DNA from: Dendrobates tinctorius
Lineage: Eukaryota
Direction of reading: 5' to 3'
Assembly: GCF_039654945.1 (NCBI RefSeq)
Contig: NW_027361752.1
Location: 7,006,001 to 7,070,000 of the forward strand
DNA: 64,000 nt
Position numbers and translations under genes: made by a program. This document shows positions 1 through 12,379 of this stretch, in pieces. Positions within the stretch are counted from its first letter, which is position 1. Each line of letters starts with the position of its first letter. Below the pieces are notes generated by a model. The model worked only from the letters and a program-made list of their open reading frames with translations. It made no database searches and had not been told where the DNA came from.

Positions 1-1973
1 GAATCTTCTGCTCCGAAAAGGTCATTTGTATGACTGACTAGGGAACCCGGGAAAGGACTTTTTCTTGTTCCTGCCTTGTCCAAAATGTCGTCTAAAGTTG
101 GACCAAATAGAAATTCGCCCTCACACGGGATTGAGCACAACTTGGCTTTAGTCTGCAAGTCTCCTTGCCAGCATTTTAGCCATAAGGCATGTCTCGCAGC
201 ATTTGAGAAGGAGGCTGCTCTGGCTGCCAACCTAGTCGAGTCCAAAAGCTGCTGCTCCTTTCATTATAGAAACTAATCTTTGAATTGTTTCTCTTGAGGC
301 CTTTTCTTTTAGTTGGGAATCTAAATGATCCAACCAGACCATTAGGGCACGTGCCGTACACGTGGCTGCTATGGATGACTTTAATCTGCCTCCTGCTGCT
401 TCCCAAGAGTCTGCTTATTTATCCATTGGGTCCTTCAGGGTGCCCATATCTTCGAAGGGCAGGGCAAATTTTTTAGAAGCTTTTGCAATAGCCACGTCTA
501 GTTTGTGTGCTTTACTCCATAGGGCACAGGCTAGATCGTCAAAGGGGTATTTTCTCTTGGGTGCTAGGAGAACCTTCTTCCGGTTTTTTCCATTCTCTTT
601 TAATTAGGGAGTGGATTTTCTCATTTATCGGAAAAGCTCTCCTTTTTTTTTTTTTTTGTTCTAAACCACCGAACACTAAATCTTGGGCCATTTTCTTAGT
701 CCGCTCGTCCACCAGCCCCATAGTTGTCCTCACGGCTTTTACAAGGGCGTCTGTCTCCTCAATAGGGAAGCAGCTGCGTCCCCCTTCCGAGGATGACGAG
801 GAAGACTGGGAGGATGACGAATTACTTGAGTCAGACAGTTCACTTTCTGACTCACTAACACTGGACTCTGACAACCTATGCCTGGATTTACGTTTTTTCT
901 TTGAGGTTCTAACACCTTTAAGGGCATCTTCGACCTGGGTTCTTATCAGTGTTTTGAGGTCTAAAGCAAAACTCGGTGACTCCTCCTGGATTGTCTGTTC
1001 TATGCACGCCGTGCAGAGCTTTTTTTCACCATGTAGCGGGTAGCTCCTCAGTACATATATAGCACATACCCTGTGCTTGGATTTGGCTGTGCATTTTCTC
1101 CCCTAAAAGAAAATAACAACCGTGCATTAAATGAGCGGACTTTCACGGAGATCACTCACCCTCTTGTAGAACGAGAGATACCGTCTCGGGCGTAGGTATT
1201 ATTTCCACCGCTGGATACACTTCTGGCTGTGCCGCCATGGTGGAGCTTCTGCTGTGCTGCGATCTTGAATGACCGCTACTGCTGCGCTGTTGGGAAGAGG
1301 TGCGCTGGCGTTGTGAGTGTTGGCGCTGTCCCTGCGTTTGCCGCTGCTTCGGGAACTGCCGTTGCACCTCCTGCTCCCTTTGTGGCTTTCCTTTATCACT
1401 TATGGTGAATGTGGGCTCCTCTGCTCCGTTTGGGGGGGTTTAAATATAGTGTATATATATTTTTTTCTCCCAGTGATACCCAGCGCCGCCGCCGGAAGTG
1501 GCCTTCTTAAGGGTGAGGTGCTCGCGCTAATGCTGGCGTCCTGCGCCCCCCCCCGCTCCTGCAGAGGCCCTGCGGTTCTCAGTGGCCGCCGCCACCCTCC
1601 ACTGACCGCTCCGAGGCCCAGCGCCCGGCCTCCCTAGTGACCGCCATCTCCCTGTGTTTTTTTTTTTTTTTCCTGGGATCGGCAGACTTGCTCCTTGTCT
1701 TCACTGCCTCTCCCCACTCACCGTCAAGGTCGGGTGACCCCGGTGGTGGTGCTTCGGGGGAAGAAAATGCCACCGACCCAGCTGAGGCAGGGAGCCCCAC
1801 TGCCTGTTACTGCACTGGTTCGGCCCCCGGCATCCCACATCGATCTGAAGGTACGTGTTGTAGGTTCCCCATCAGGGACAGGAAACCAACTAATGTGGGA
1901 GAGGGGTACTGCCTTTTTCACCTGTAGGTTTCCGGTCTCTCTCTCTGTGGTGCCGTCATGGGGGAAAGAGAAA
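1..1973 (-). mobile_element. DIRS-type (tyrosine recombinase) retrotransposon, 5' end with degenerate gag-like ORF; continues off the left edge
   Basis: Terminus TTTCTCTTTCCCCATGACGGCACC. Minus-strand peptides include a CxxC...CxxC knuckle, Ser-rich linker, AFPINEKIHSLIKREWKKPE, LDVAIAKASKKFALPFEDMGTLKDPMD and KLCSIPCEGEFLFGPTLDDIL, resembling vertebrate DIRS gag. Stops and frameshifts are present. Confidence 0.8.
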
Positions 1974-2478
1974 TTCCTTTCTATTTCCTCACGTTTTTGG
2001 TGCTTCACACCAGCAGGATCTGGCACCCACCCACCTACGGTTCCAGGACACATATTACATGCAGAGGTGGGAAGCTCAGCTCTCCAATACATATAGCGTC
2101 ATCGTCCGAACATCAAAGGGTTCCGCTTTCTCCCAATTCTGTATAAGTGGACATAGACATAAAAGATGCAGTTTGGCCATCTGCAGCCACCACTAGAGGG
2201 TAGCTTCGCACTTACTGCTAGTAATTAACCCTTTCAAGATCAGGTGATTTTTAGTTTTTGCTATATTAACTTTTCTCCACTCATTCTTCCAAGAGCCATA
2301 ACTTTCCTGTCCACGTAGCCGTACGAGGGCTCGTTTTATGTGTAGACATTGTGTATTTCTGAATGACGCCATTCATTCCACCACAATGTGCTGGAAACTG
2401 GGAGAAAAAAAAATCCAAAATGGTCAAAAAAGAAACGCAATTCCTGCATTGGTTTTCATGAAGCTCACTGTGTATTAA

Positions 2479-3815
2479 CCCCTTTCTGCCATTGGACGTA
2501 ATAGTATGTCCGATGGAAGCATCCCCGCTTTGATGTGGGCTCCGGCGGTGAGACCGCATCAAAGCCTGGACATGTCAGCTGCTTTGAACAGCTGACATGT
2601 GCCCGCAATAGGCGCGGGCAGAATAGTGATTCACCAGTGGCCATTAACTAGTTAAATGCCGCTGTCAAACTCAAGTCTTTAAAGATATGAAAAGAAATAA
2701 AAAACCCATAAGGCCATGTGCCCACGTTAGCATTTTTAAACGCTCAGGAAACGGGTCTCCTTCCCAGAAAACGTGCATTTTTTTCCACGCGTTTTGCGCA
2801 AAACCGCGCTTTTTTATGCGTTTTTTGCCGTGCGTCTTTTCGACTATAGGAAATAGCCAAAAATGCGGACCTAAGCGGAAATTAATGAACATGCTGCGTT
2901 TTTTACCGCTAAGTGTTTCCTTAGCGGTAAAAAGCGCATCCATTGGCACCAAAAGGCCAAAATGCATTAAAATGAATGGGATGCTTCTTTTAAGTGTTTT
3001 TGATGCGGTTTGACCCTGAAAACCGCATCACAAACGCTTAAAAAAATGCAACGTGGGCACACAGCCTAAAAGTTCAAATCACCCCCCTTTCAAAATAAAA
3101 AAAAAAAAAATCAAACAAACATACACATAGATGGTATCGCTGAGTTCAGAATCGCCCAATCTATGAATAATAAAAAAAAAAGCATTAACCTGATCGCTAA
3201 ACGGCGTAGCGAGAAAAAAAAAAATCAAAATGCCAGAATTACTTTTTTTTGGTTGCTGCGACAATGCATTAAAATGCAATAACGGGCGATCAAAAGAACC
3301 TATCTGCACAAATATGGCATCATTAAAAACATCATCTCGGCACGCCAAAAATAAGCCCTCACCCAATCCGAGATCATGACAAGTGGAGAAGCTACGGGTC
3401 GCGGAAAATGGCGCAATTTGTTATGATTTTTTTTTCTTTTTTTAAGCAAAGTTTGGAATTTCTTTCACCACTTAGATAAAAAAGAACCTAGACATGTTTG
3501 GTGTCTATGAACTCGTAATGACCTGGAGAATCATAATGGTAGGTCAGTTTTAGCATTTAGTGAACTTCGCAAAAAAGCCAAACAAAAAACCAGTGTGGGA
3601 TTGCACATTTTTTTTTTTTTAAATTTCACAGCACTTGAAATTTTTCCCCCCTTTTATGTTACACGACATGGTAAAACCAATGAGATCGTTCAAAAGTACA
3701 ACTCGTCCTGCATAAAATAAGCCATCACACGGCCATATTGATGGAAAAAATGAAAAAAAGTTATGGCTCTGGGAAGAAGGGGAGCGAAAAACGAAAAGCT
3801 CCGGTTATTAAGGGG
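2479..3815. mobile_element. piggyBac-like non-autonomous element (TTAA-CCCC...GGGG-TTAA), itself inside an older similar element starting at about 2229
   Basis: TTAA flanks at 2475-2478 and 3816-3819, CCCCTT/AAGGGG termini, no coding capacity. Confidence 0.6.
2712..3066. mobile_element. PIF/Harbinger-type MITE
   Basis: TIR GGCCATGTGCCCACGTT / AACGTGGGCACACAGCC, TAA target duplication. Confidence 0.75.
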
Positions 3816-4132
3816 TTAATTAAATTACAACGATAACAAGTTTATGATTTTTTTAAATTATAGAAATATAAAAAAGTGTCATCATTCTCTGCGCCCTCTT
3901 TCGGTTTTGTACTCTCTCAGTCTCTGAGTCCCGTAACCTTTTATTCTTCTGTTGATAGAGTGGTGTCAGGACTTGTTTTTCTTCGCTCACCTGGCTGTTG
4001 TTTTTATTGATACCATATTGGGGTACATATGAGATTTTTGGGGGCAGGAAAGTGAATCTACCAAAAAAAACTGCATTTGTTTCAATTCTTTTTTTCCCCA
4101 GAGTTTACCGCACTGTTTAAATATATTTTATA

Positions 4133-5829
4133 CTAGCTGAAGAGCTCGGTGTTGCCTGGGCATAGTAACCAACTGTGGTTAGTTATAACAAATTATAATG
4201 ATTATATTGCACATAAAAACATTTCACATCATTTATTCAACACTACAGATATGAAACACAAATTAACTAAACGATTACCCAAGTATTGATGGTATTTTAT
4301 TTTCAACTCATTCAACATTTTTGGTTTTTCCTTTCGGTGCAAAGATGAACAGATTTTTGGCAGTTCCAACTCTTGAACAGACCAGGTAAAGTTGACCATG
4401 AGAAAAGCATGGAGATTGCAAATATATCCCTACTACTTTCAAGGATGTCCCGGAGCATTGTAAATGGACATTGAAAATAGCAGTTGAACTGGAAACTGGA
4501 GGCGTTTAAAATCAAAAAACAAATCAGATGGAATGAGTGGAATTCTTGGAATGAAAATCTCCTCTCCTTTGGCATATCCTGTTTCTGAGCTGTGTATCTA
4601 ATCCTCTCCTGTGTGATACTTTCTGCTGAGCTGTGTATCTAATCCTATCGTGTTACTGACTGCTCAGCGTGTATCTAATCCTATCCTTTGTGATACCGAC
4701 TGCTGAGCCGTGTATCTAACCCTATCCTGTGTGATACCGTCTGCTGAGCCGTGTATCTAATCCTATCATGTGTGATACTGACTGCTGAGCCGTGTATCTA
4801 ACCCTATCCTGTGTGATACCGTCTGCTGAGCCGTGTATCTAATCCTATCATGTGTGTTACTGACTGCTCAGCCGTGTATCTAATCCTATCCTGTGTGATA
4901 ATGACTGATGAGCCGTGTATCTAATCCTATTCTGGGTGATACTGACTGCTGAGCTGTGTACCTAATCCTATCATGTGTGTTACTGACTGCTCAGCCGTGT
5001 ATCTAATCCTATCCTGTGTGTTACTGACTGCTGAGCCGTGTATCTAACCCTATCCTGTGTGATACCGTCTGCTGAGCCGTGTATCTAATCCTATCATGTG
5101 TGTTACTGACTGCTCAGCCGTGTATCTAATCCTATCCTGTGTGATACTGACTGCTGAGCCGTGTATCTAATCCTATTCTGGGTGATACTGACTGCTGAGC
5201 TGTGTACCTAATCCTATCATGTGTGTTACTGACTGCTGAGCTGTGTATCTAATCCTATCCTGTGTGATACTGACTGCTGAGCCGTGTACCTACTCCTATC
5301 ATGTGTTACTGACTGCTGAGCCGTGTATCTAATCCTATCCTGTGTGATACTGACTGCTGAGCCGTGTATCTAATCCTATTCTGTTTGAACTGGAAACTGG
5401 AGGCGTATTCTGTGTGATACTGTCTGCTGAGCCGTCTATCTAATCCTATACTGTGTGATACTGTCTGCTGAGCCGTGTATCTAATCCTCTCCTGTGTGAT
5501 ACTTACTGCTGAGCCGTGTATCTAATCCTATCCTGTGTGATACTGGGCTCCCTTTGCAGTCTGTGTCAGAGGGTGGTCTGTGTTGGCACGGTAATAAATT
5601 GTGTTATTTCCAGCTTTACAGAAGGATGATAACACCATAAAAATTATAATAGGCAAAATTGTTTGGTGAATTGGAACACGCGGGGTTAAAATTTCACCTC
5701 ACAACATAGTCTATGACGCTCTCTGGGTCCAGACGTGTGACTGTGCAAAATTTTGTGGCTGTAGCTGCGACGGTGCAGATGACAATCCTGGACATACAAA
5801 CATACACACATTCAGCTTTATATATTAGA
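4133..5829 (-). mobile_element. Non-autonomous Helitron carrying a 41-bp minisatellite
   Basis: Minus strand reads A|TCTAATATATAAAGC...CTAG|T, with a GC-rich sub-terminal hairpin remnant (gctcggtgttgcctgggc) and no TSD. Confidence 0.75.
4580..5545. repeat. 41-bp minisatellite (ctgctgagccgtgtatctaatcctatcctgtgtgatactga)
   Basis: More than 20 direct tandem copies visible. Confidence 0.95.
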
Positions 5830-6529
5830 TTTGATAGATCAGTCTTTTCCAGACACAACAATACCAAATATATGTGGGACCAGCACCTATCATCAGAATG
5901 CGGCCCCGCTGATGGAGATTTGTCAGTATCTACTATATAATTACCTTGTAATGTCTTCACATCCTGTTCCGTCCAGATGTGTCCGGATCCCACAATTCCA
6001 AGCGTGGGAAGTTCACTGACCGCCATATTGGAACACCCAAGTGATGGGTGTCTCAGTATGGAAACTGCTGCTGGTACCAGCCTCTTGCGTGGTACCACCA
6101 GAGGAACACCGTTGCACCACACACACTGTATACGCCGTACGCACCACACACTGTATACGCAATACGCACCACACACACTGTATACGCCTTATGCAGCCTC
6201 TTGCGCGGTACCACCAGTGGGACACAGTCGCAAACATGCCGCCGCCGGGATCAGCCGAAAGAGTCACTGACCGCCGCCATCTTTGTACAGGAGGAGCGCA
6301 TGCGCAGTTGTAATGTGACCGCCGCTACCTGTCTGCACAAAAATGGCGGTGGTCGGGTACACAGGTCAAAGAAGAGAGCACAGACGGGAGAAGTCAGCAC
6401 ATGGGGAGAAAGTGGATAGGTGGGTGAGCACATGGGGGGGGGAGATTCTCAACGCTGCAAAGCCTGCCCCCATTGTGACATTACCGCCCTCCCGAGTCTC
6501 CATCTAGTACAGAATAAAGGGATACTCAC

Positions 6530-6635
6530 GATTTGACATAAACATTTGTTGTCATTCACCAATTTTTCCAGTGAAAGAAACTCTATGATGTCGGCTTCTG
6601 CCATCGCACCCTCCTGATCCTGCTTATTTGCTAAA
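6530..6635 (-). CDS. ARL13B: ARL13B coding exon 4 ([35 protein letters not shown]); downstream exons are outside the window
   Basis: NKQD G4 motif. 106 nt, CTACAG acceptor after a pyrimidine tract, GTGAGT donor. Completes the phase-2 codon from exon 3. Confidence 0.95.
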
Positions 6636-6895
6636 CTGTAGGGTTAAAAAGAAAAGAAGCAAAAACACAACATTGTTAGAGATTTATATTCCAGTCATGT
6701 GCGCTTTTTCATAATAAGACCCAGGGGAGTATAATGGGTAAATTACAGGGTTATAAGGTGTAGGAAGCAGGATGATACACAGGTAAATCCCGTAGATGAA
6801 GAAATCCCAATCTACCTTGTTGGAGGCCAGATCTGTATGTAATGATCCAACCCTATTTATATACAGACTAGCTGAAGAGCTCGGCGCTGCCTATA

Positions 6896-8516
6896 CAGTA
6901 CAGACCAAAAGTTTGGACACACCTTCTCATTCAAAGCGTTTTCTTTATTTTCATGACTATGAATTGCAGATTCACTCTGAAGGCATCAAAACTATGAATT
7001 AACACATGTGGAATTATATAATTAACAAAAAAGTGTGAAACAACTGAAAATATGTCTTATATTCTAGGTTCTTCAAAGTAGCAACCTTTTGCTTTGATTA
7101 CTGCTTTGCACACTCTTGGCATTCTCTTGATGAGCTTCAAGAGGTAGTCACCGGAAATGGTTTTCACTTCACAGGTGTGCCCTGTCAGGTTTAGTAAGTG
7201 GGATTTCTTGCCTTATAAATGGGTTGGGACAATCAGTTGAGTTGTGCAGAAGTCTGGTGGATACACAGCTGATAGTCCTACTGTATAGACTGTTAGAATT
7301 TGTATTATGGCAAGAAAAAAGCAGCTAAGTAAAGAAGAACGAGTGGCCATCATTACTTTAAGAAATGAAGGTCAGTCAGTCCGAAAAATTGGGAAAACTT
7401 TGAAAGTGTCCCCAAGTGCAGTGGCAAAAACCATCAAGCGCTACAAAGAAACTGGCTCACATGAGGACCGCCCCAGGAAAGGAAGGCAAGAAACATCTGT
7501 GCTGCGGAGGATAAGTTCATCCGTGTCACCAGCCTCAGAAAACGCAGGTTAACAGCAGCTCAGATTAGAGACCAGGTCAATGCCACACAGAGTTCTAGCA
7601 GCAGACACATCTCTACAACTGTTCAGAGGAAACTTTGTGCAGCAGGCCTTCATGGTAAAATAGCTGCTAGTAAACCACTGCTAAGGACAGGCAACAAGCA
7701 GAAGAGACTTGTTTGAGATAAAGAACACAAGGAATGGATATTAGACCAGTGGAAATCTGTGCTTTGGTCTGATGAATCCAAATCTGAGATCTTTGGTTCC
7801 AACCACCGTGTCTTTGTGCGAAGCAGAAAAGGTGAACGGATGGACTCTACATGCCTGGTTCCCACCGTGAAGCATGGAGGAGGAGGTGTGATGGTGTGTG
7901 GGGGGGGGGTGCTTTGCTGGTGACACTGTTGGGGATTTATTCAAAATTGAAGGCATACTGAACCAGCATGGCTACAAGAGCATATTGCAGCGGCATGCTA
8001 TTCCATCCGGTTTGCGTTTAGTTGGACCATCATTTATTTTTCAACAGGACAATGACCCCAAACACACCTCCAGGCTGTGTAAGGGCTATTTGACCAAGAA
8101 GGAGAGTGATGGAGTGCTACGCCAGATGACCTGGCCGCCACAGTCACCAGACCTGAACCCAATCGAGATGGTTTGGGGTGAGCTGGACCGCAGAGTGAAG
8201 GCAAAAGAGCCAACAAGTGCTAAGCATCTCTAGGAACTCCTTCAAGACTGTTGGAAGACCATTTCCGGTGACTACCTCTTGAAGCTCATCAAGAGAATGC
8301 CAAGAGTGTGCAAAGCAGTAATCAAAGCAAAAGGTGGCTACTTTGAAGAACCTAGAATATAAGACATATTTTCAGTTGTTTCACACTTTTTTGTTAATTA
8401 TATAATTCCACATGTGCAAATTCATAGTTTTGATGCCTTCAGAGTGAATCTACAATTTTCATAGTCATGAAAACTCTTTGAATGAGAAGGTGTGTCCAAA
8501 CTTTTGGTCTGTACTG
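6896..8516 (+). mobile_element. Tc1/mariner transposon with DD38E spacing (Intruder-type), full length, inactivated
   Basis: TA TSDs, long (about 200 bp) TIRs beginning CAGTACAGACCAAAAGTTTGGACAC. Confidence 0.92.
7307..8362 (+). pseudogene. DD38E transposase pseudogene
   Basis: Paired-like HTH (MARKKQLSKEERV...GRPR-like motif), [12 protein letters not shown]-(38 aa)-NPIE. Frameshifts near 7490 and 7900 and an in-frame TAG at 8231. Confidence 0.88.
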
Positions 8517-8566
8517 TATATAAAGTTGAGTGTATAGCCCCACCCACTCCGCATAGCCACATTCAC

Positions 8567-8930
8567 TATAATATCCTACATCATCCCGTCAGCCAGAGCT
8601 ACCGGACTACTACCACTAATATCCCACATCATCCCGTCAGCCAGAGCCACTAGACAACTACCCCTAATATCCCACATCATCCCGTCAGCCAGGGCCACCA
8701 GACAACTACCCCTAATATCCCACATCATCCAGTCAGCCAGAGCCACCGGACTACTACCCCTAATATCCCACATCATCCCGTCAGCCAGAGCCACCAGACA
8801 ACTACCCCTAATATCCCACATCATCCCATCAGCCAGAGCTACCGGACTACTACCCCTAATATCCCACATCATCCCGTCAGCCAGAGCCACCAGACAACTA
8901 CCAGCAATATCCTACATCATCCCGTCAGCC
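8567..8930. repeat. About 48-bp minisatellite inside the Helitron
   Basis: taatatcccacatcatcccgtcagccagagccaccagacaactacccc repeated about 7 times. Confidence 0.9.
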
Positions 8931-9601
8931 TGGGGTCAGAACTAGAGCTCTGAGTTGAATGGTTCTAACTTCCATACCAGGGATCCCTTTAGGAGAGGCC
9001 TGGGGTCAGAACCAGAGCGCTGAATGGATTTGCCCTGACTTCCATACCAATGATAACTTTAAGAGACCCTGGGGTCACAACCACAGAGCTGAGTGGAGCG
9101 GTCCTAACTTCCATACCGGAGATCCCTTTAAGAGAGGCATGGGGTCAAAACCAAAGCCCTAGATGGATTTGCTCTGACTTCCATACCAATGATCCCTTTA
9201 AGAGGGAAGATGTGCCTATGGGATGGAGGATGTGTGATGGGGATATGGGCAGGGAGGGGGTGATTCATTTCTGTCATGTGTCTCAGCTCCTTTGAGGGGA
9301 CAGACAAAGCTGGATCTTATGTTCCCAAAGATGCTAGATTTCTCCCACCATGTCAGTGTCTGCTGAGGTGTTGTCAAGTGGGAAAACTTGCTCATAGCAA
9401 CCATTCAGAGCTCAGCTACTTTTAACCAGCTCTGGTGAAATGAGAGATGCATAGTGATTGGTTGCAAGTAAAACTGTTGCTCATAGCAACCAATCACAGC
9501 TCAGCTTCTTTTGAACAGCTCTGGTGAAATGAAAGATGCTTCGTGATTGATTGGTGATATACACACACATACATACACTTTTATATAGAGAGATTGGTTT
9601 A

Positions 9602-9951
9602 GGGTGTGTGCACACTAAGCCTTTTTTTTCGCGTTTAAGCGTTTTTACTGGCAAAAACGCTTAAAAACGCTTACATGAAGCATCCCATTCATTTGATTGA
9701 ATTCCGCACTTTGTGCATATTGAGGTGTTTTTTTTTCCACGAAAAAAAACGCATAGCTGTAAAAAACGCAGCATGCTCATTAATTTCGTGGAAAAATCTG
9801 CATGTCTAACTATATTCTATGAGACTGGGGACGCGCCGGAATAAAAACACACAAAAATCGTGCAAAAACTGCACGGAAAAAAAAACGCGCGTTTTATGGG
9901 AAGGAGTCCGTTTTTTTGTCAGGAATTTTCTGCATACATGGGTACATAGCC
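9602..9951. mobile_element. Degenerate Harbinger-type MITE
   Basis: GGGTGTGTGCAC...GTACATAGCC ends. Internal motifs shared with the 2712 and 25536 MITEs. Confidence 0.5.
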
Positions 9952-10631
9952 TCACACTCGTTCATGTTGTCATACATCACTGAGCTTGGAACAGGAACAA
10001 GACTCATGAATCCTGATGACATTATTTGGTGTAACAGTCAGTGCTGCTCTATTTCTGGATTTTTATCTGTGCGGATCACCACTAGAGGGAGCACAGGAGC
10101 TCTCCGCAGACAGGAGCATACAGTTAGCGGCTCAACCATTGCTCATGGCAGCTGCAGGGAGTTCAGGCTATTATTAAGGGGGCGTTGATATACTGATTTT
10201 ATGGGCATCAATATAAGATCAATTAGGGAGTTGACCCTCAGTGCTGACATTCATCAGCATATTGCAGGGGCTATGACGCGCCAGCAAGCACCGAACCCCC
10301 TCCATTGCTATGGCGCTCCGAAACCCCACCCCCCTCATTGCTTTCCAGAAACAGCGCTGTATCTTTTGTAGTGTCTGTACCAGGTATTGCAGCTCAGTCA
10401 CATTCCCTTGAATAGGAGTTAGCTGCAGTACCTGACACTGCCACTCCAAAATGTACAGCGCTGTATGCAGATAAATACCCAAGCCATCCTGCTGGTTATA
10501 GCCCCATTGACAGGGAGTCAGGCCCTCACCCATCTGACAGTGACGGCTTACACACTTATTGTTGGAAGTCAGCACATAGGATGGGACGCAGTCTTTGGGC
10601 AGGAATCTTGTGCGTCTCTAGTAAGTCATGT

Positions 10632-10783
10632 AAAATACAAAAAAAAGGGTGCACTCTATCATGCTAAAGCATGTCTTATATGTGAAATTTGAATAGCAAT
10701 ATGGCCGTATTGATATTCAGATTTCACATATTCCACATTGACATGCTTTAGCATGATAGAGTGCACCCTTTTTTTTGTATTTT
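10632..10783. repeat. Fold-back inverted repeat (44-bp perfect arms with a palindromic core)
   Basis: aaaatacaaaaaaaagggtgcactctatcatgctaaagcatgtc and its reverse complement. Confidence 0.85.
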
Positions 10784-11539
10784 GTATATGGGGTAGCTCC
10801 TCCTGGTATGCACCTATTCACACTAGTCTGGATGTGCCAGTCAGTTTTTTTGTCTTTCCAGTAAGCCGTGTGTCACCATCCTGGTCTCCGCTTATCTGGG
10901 CTGCTCCTCCCGGTGGTGTGCCGTATGCCATCATATAAATCAGAAGTACTGTGAGTGTGTGGCTCACAATGTATTCAGGGCACACACCAGTGACACAGCC
11001 ATCGTGTGTACACAACACAGTGTGACAAAGTCATGCGGTTTTTGTTTTCTCACTTCACATGTGATCATCATGGAGAATGAAACTGTCCTCATTCCTGACA
11101 CCTCGCTCATGCAGTATGTGATTAGCCCGGTCACCGACACTCAGCCCAGAAACCACAGGACAAACATCTCATTCTCATCAACAGGTAAAGTGATGTATGG
11201 AGACTGCATGGCCGGACTACAGTCACCACGGCATGGGATCCTGCCTGCCCCAGATACAGGAGCGGTGTCACTGCACCACGGTCAGCCACCATCACTGAGC
11301 GCCTGATCACAAATGTCTGATTACACAGTGGCTTTACATAGAAAGCAAGAATAGTGGGAGCTGCTCCCAGGTGCAGGACGCCCTCTGTCCACTGTATTAA
11401 TAGAACATACCGGGGCTCCCGGTAAGAACATTCACCCCCATAATCATTATCAACCTGCAAGATGATGGGGACCCCCATATCACCTCAATAATCCGCACAC
11501 ATTGCATGCATAGCAGGCAGCGCCCCCAGGAGGCCACGC

Positions 11540-11730
11540 CGGGCCCGCAAGAGGCAACACAGGCGCCGCCCGCAGGAGGCAACACAGGCGCCGCCCGCAG
11601 GAGGCAACACAGGCGCCGCCCGCAGGAGGCAACACAGACGCCGCCCGCAGGAGGCAACACAGACGCCGCCCGCAGGAGGCAACACAGACGCCGCCCGCAG
11701 GAGGCAACACAGACGCCGCCCGCAGGCCAC
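11540..11730. repeat. 25-bp GC-rich minisatellite
   Basis: cccgcaggaggcaacacagrcgccg repeated about 7 times. Confidence 0.9.
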
Positions 11731-12379
11731 TGTGTAGGTTATGATTTGTGTGCTAATCGGGTGGTCTAGAGGGAGAGGATTAGCTGCTAGATATAACAGG
11801 TGCTGAGTGTGTCACCCCGTATGAGGGTACAGCAGCCCCCCAACGTATTCGATTAGAGACAGAAGCCCAACACTTGGAGACATGAACCTCACCTAACTGC
11901 GAGACAACGCCCAGAAACACACAGCGTCACCTCTAACACGGCACGATAGGCAGAAAGAAGCACTGGACCCTTCAGTGTATATAAAAAATGAAGAAAAAAA
12001 AAAATTGTTTGTGTGTCCTTGCCAAGTTCAGCCTTGTCTGAAGGACACCGAGTGAATCCACATCATCATCTACGTCAATATCCTAAAATATGTTTCTGGG
12101 ACAAGGCTGAAAAGTGTCCAAATGCAGGCAGGGAGTGTTGTCATGGGGACACGGACGTCTGGGGCATCACACAATGATAAACAGAGAAGAGTTGTGCTAC
12201 CGGGACATGTAACTTGTGTGTGCGTATATATATATATCACAAAAACAAACACACGTGTGTATGTAATGTGTAAATAAGTGTACATGTATATAAAATATGT
12301 ATTGTGTATCTGTGTGTTAATGTGCATGTATGTGCGTGTATATTTTCTAATAGAGAAAAAAAAAACGATAATTAAAGCA

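Larger units (their letters stand above)
6868..9593 (-). mobile_element. Second non-autonomous Helitron, interrupted by a Tc1-superfamily element
   Basis: Same 3' end as the 4133 element (a|ctagctgaagagctcgg). 5' end on the minus strand reads A|TCTCTCTATATAAAAGTGTATGTATG at 9593. Confidence 0.6.

Noticed and set aside
4580-5545. CRISPR-like regular arrays (also 22189-22605 and 42280-42980)
   Set aside because: Units are contiguous with no unique spacers, there are no cas genes, and the context is vertebrate.
1-6500. ARL13B exon 5 onward
   Set aside because: No EPCSA-like exon was found. The region is TE-derived, so the remaining exons lie outside the window.
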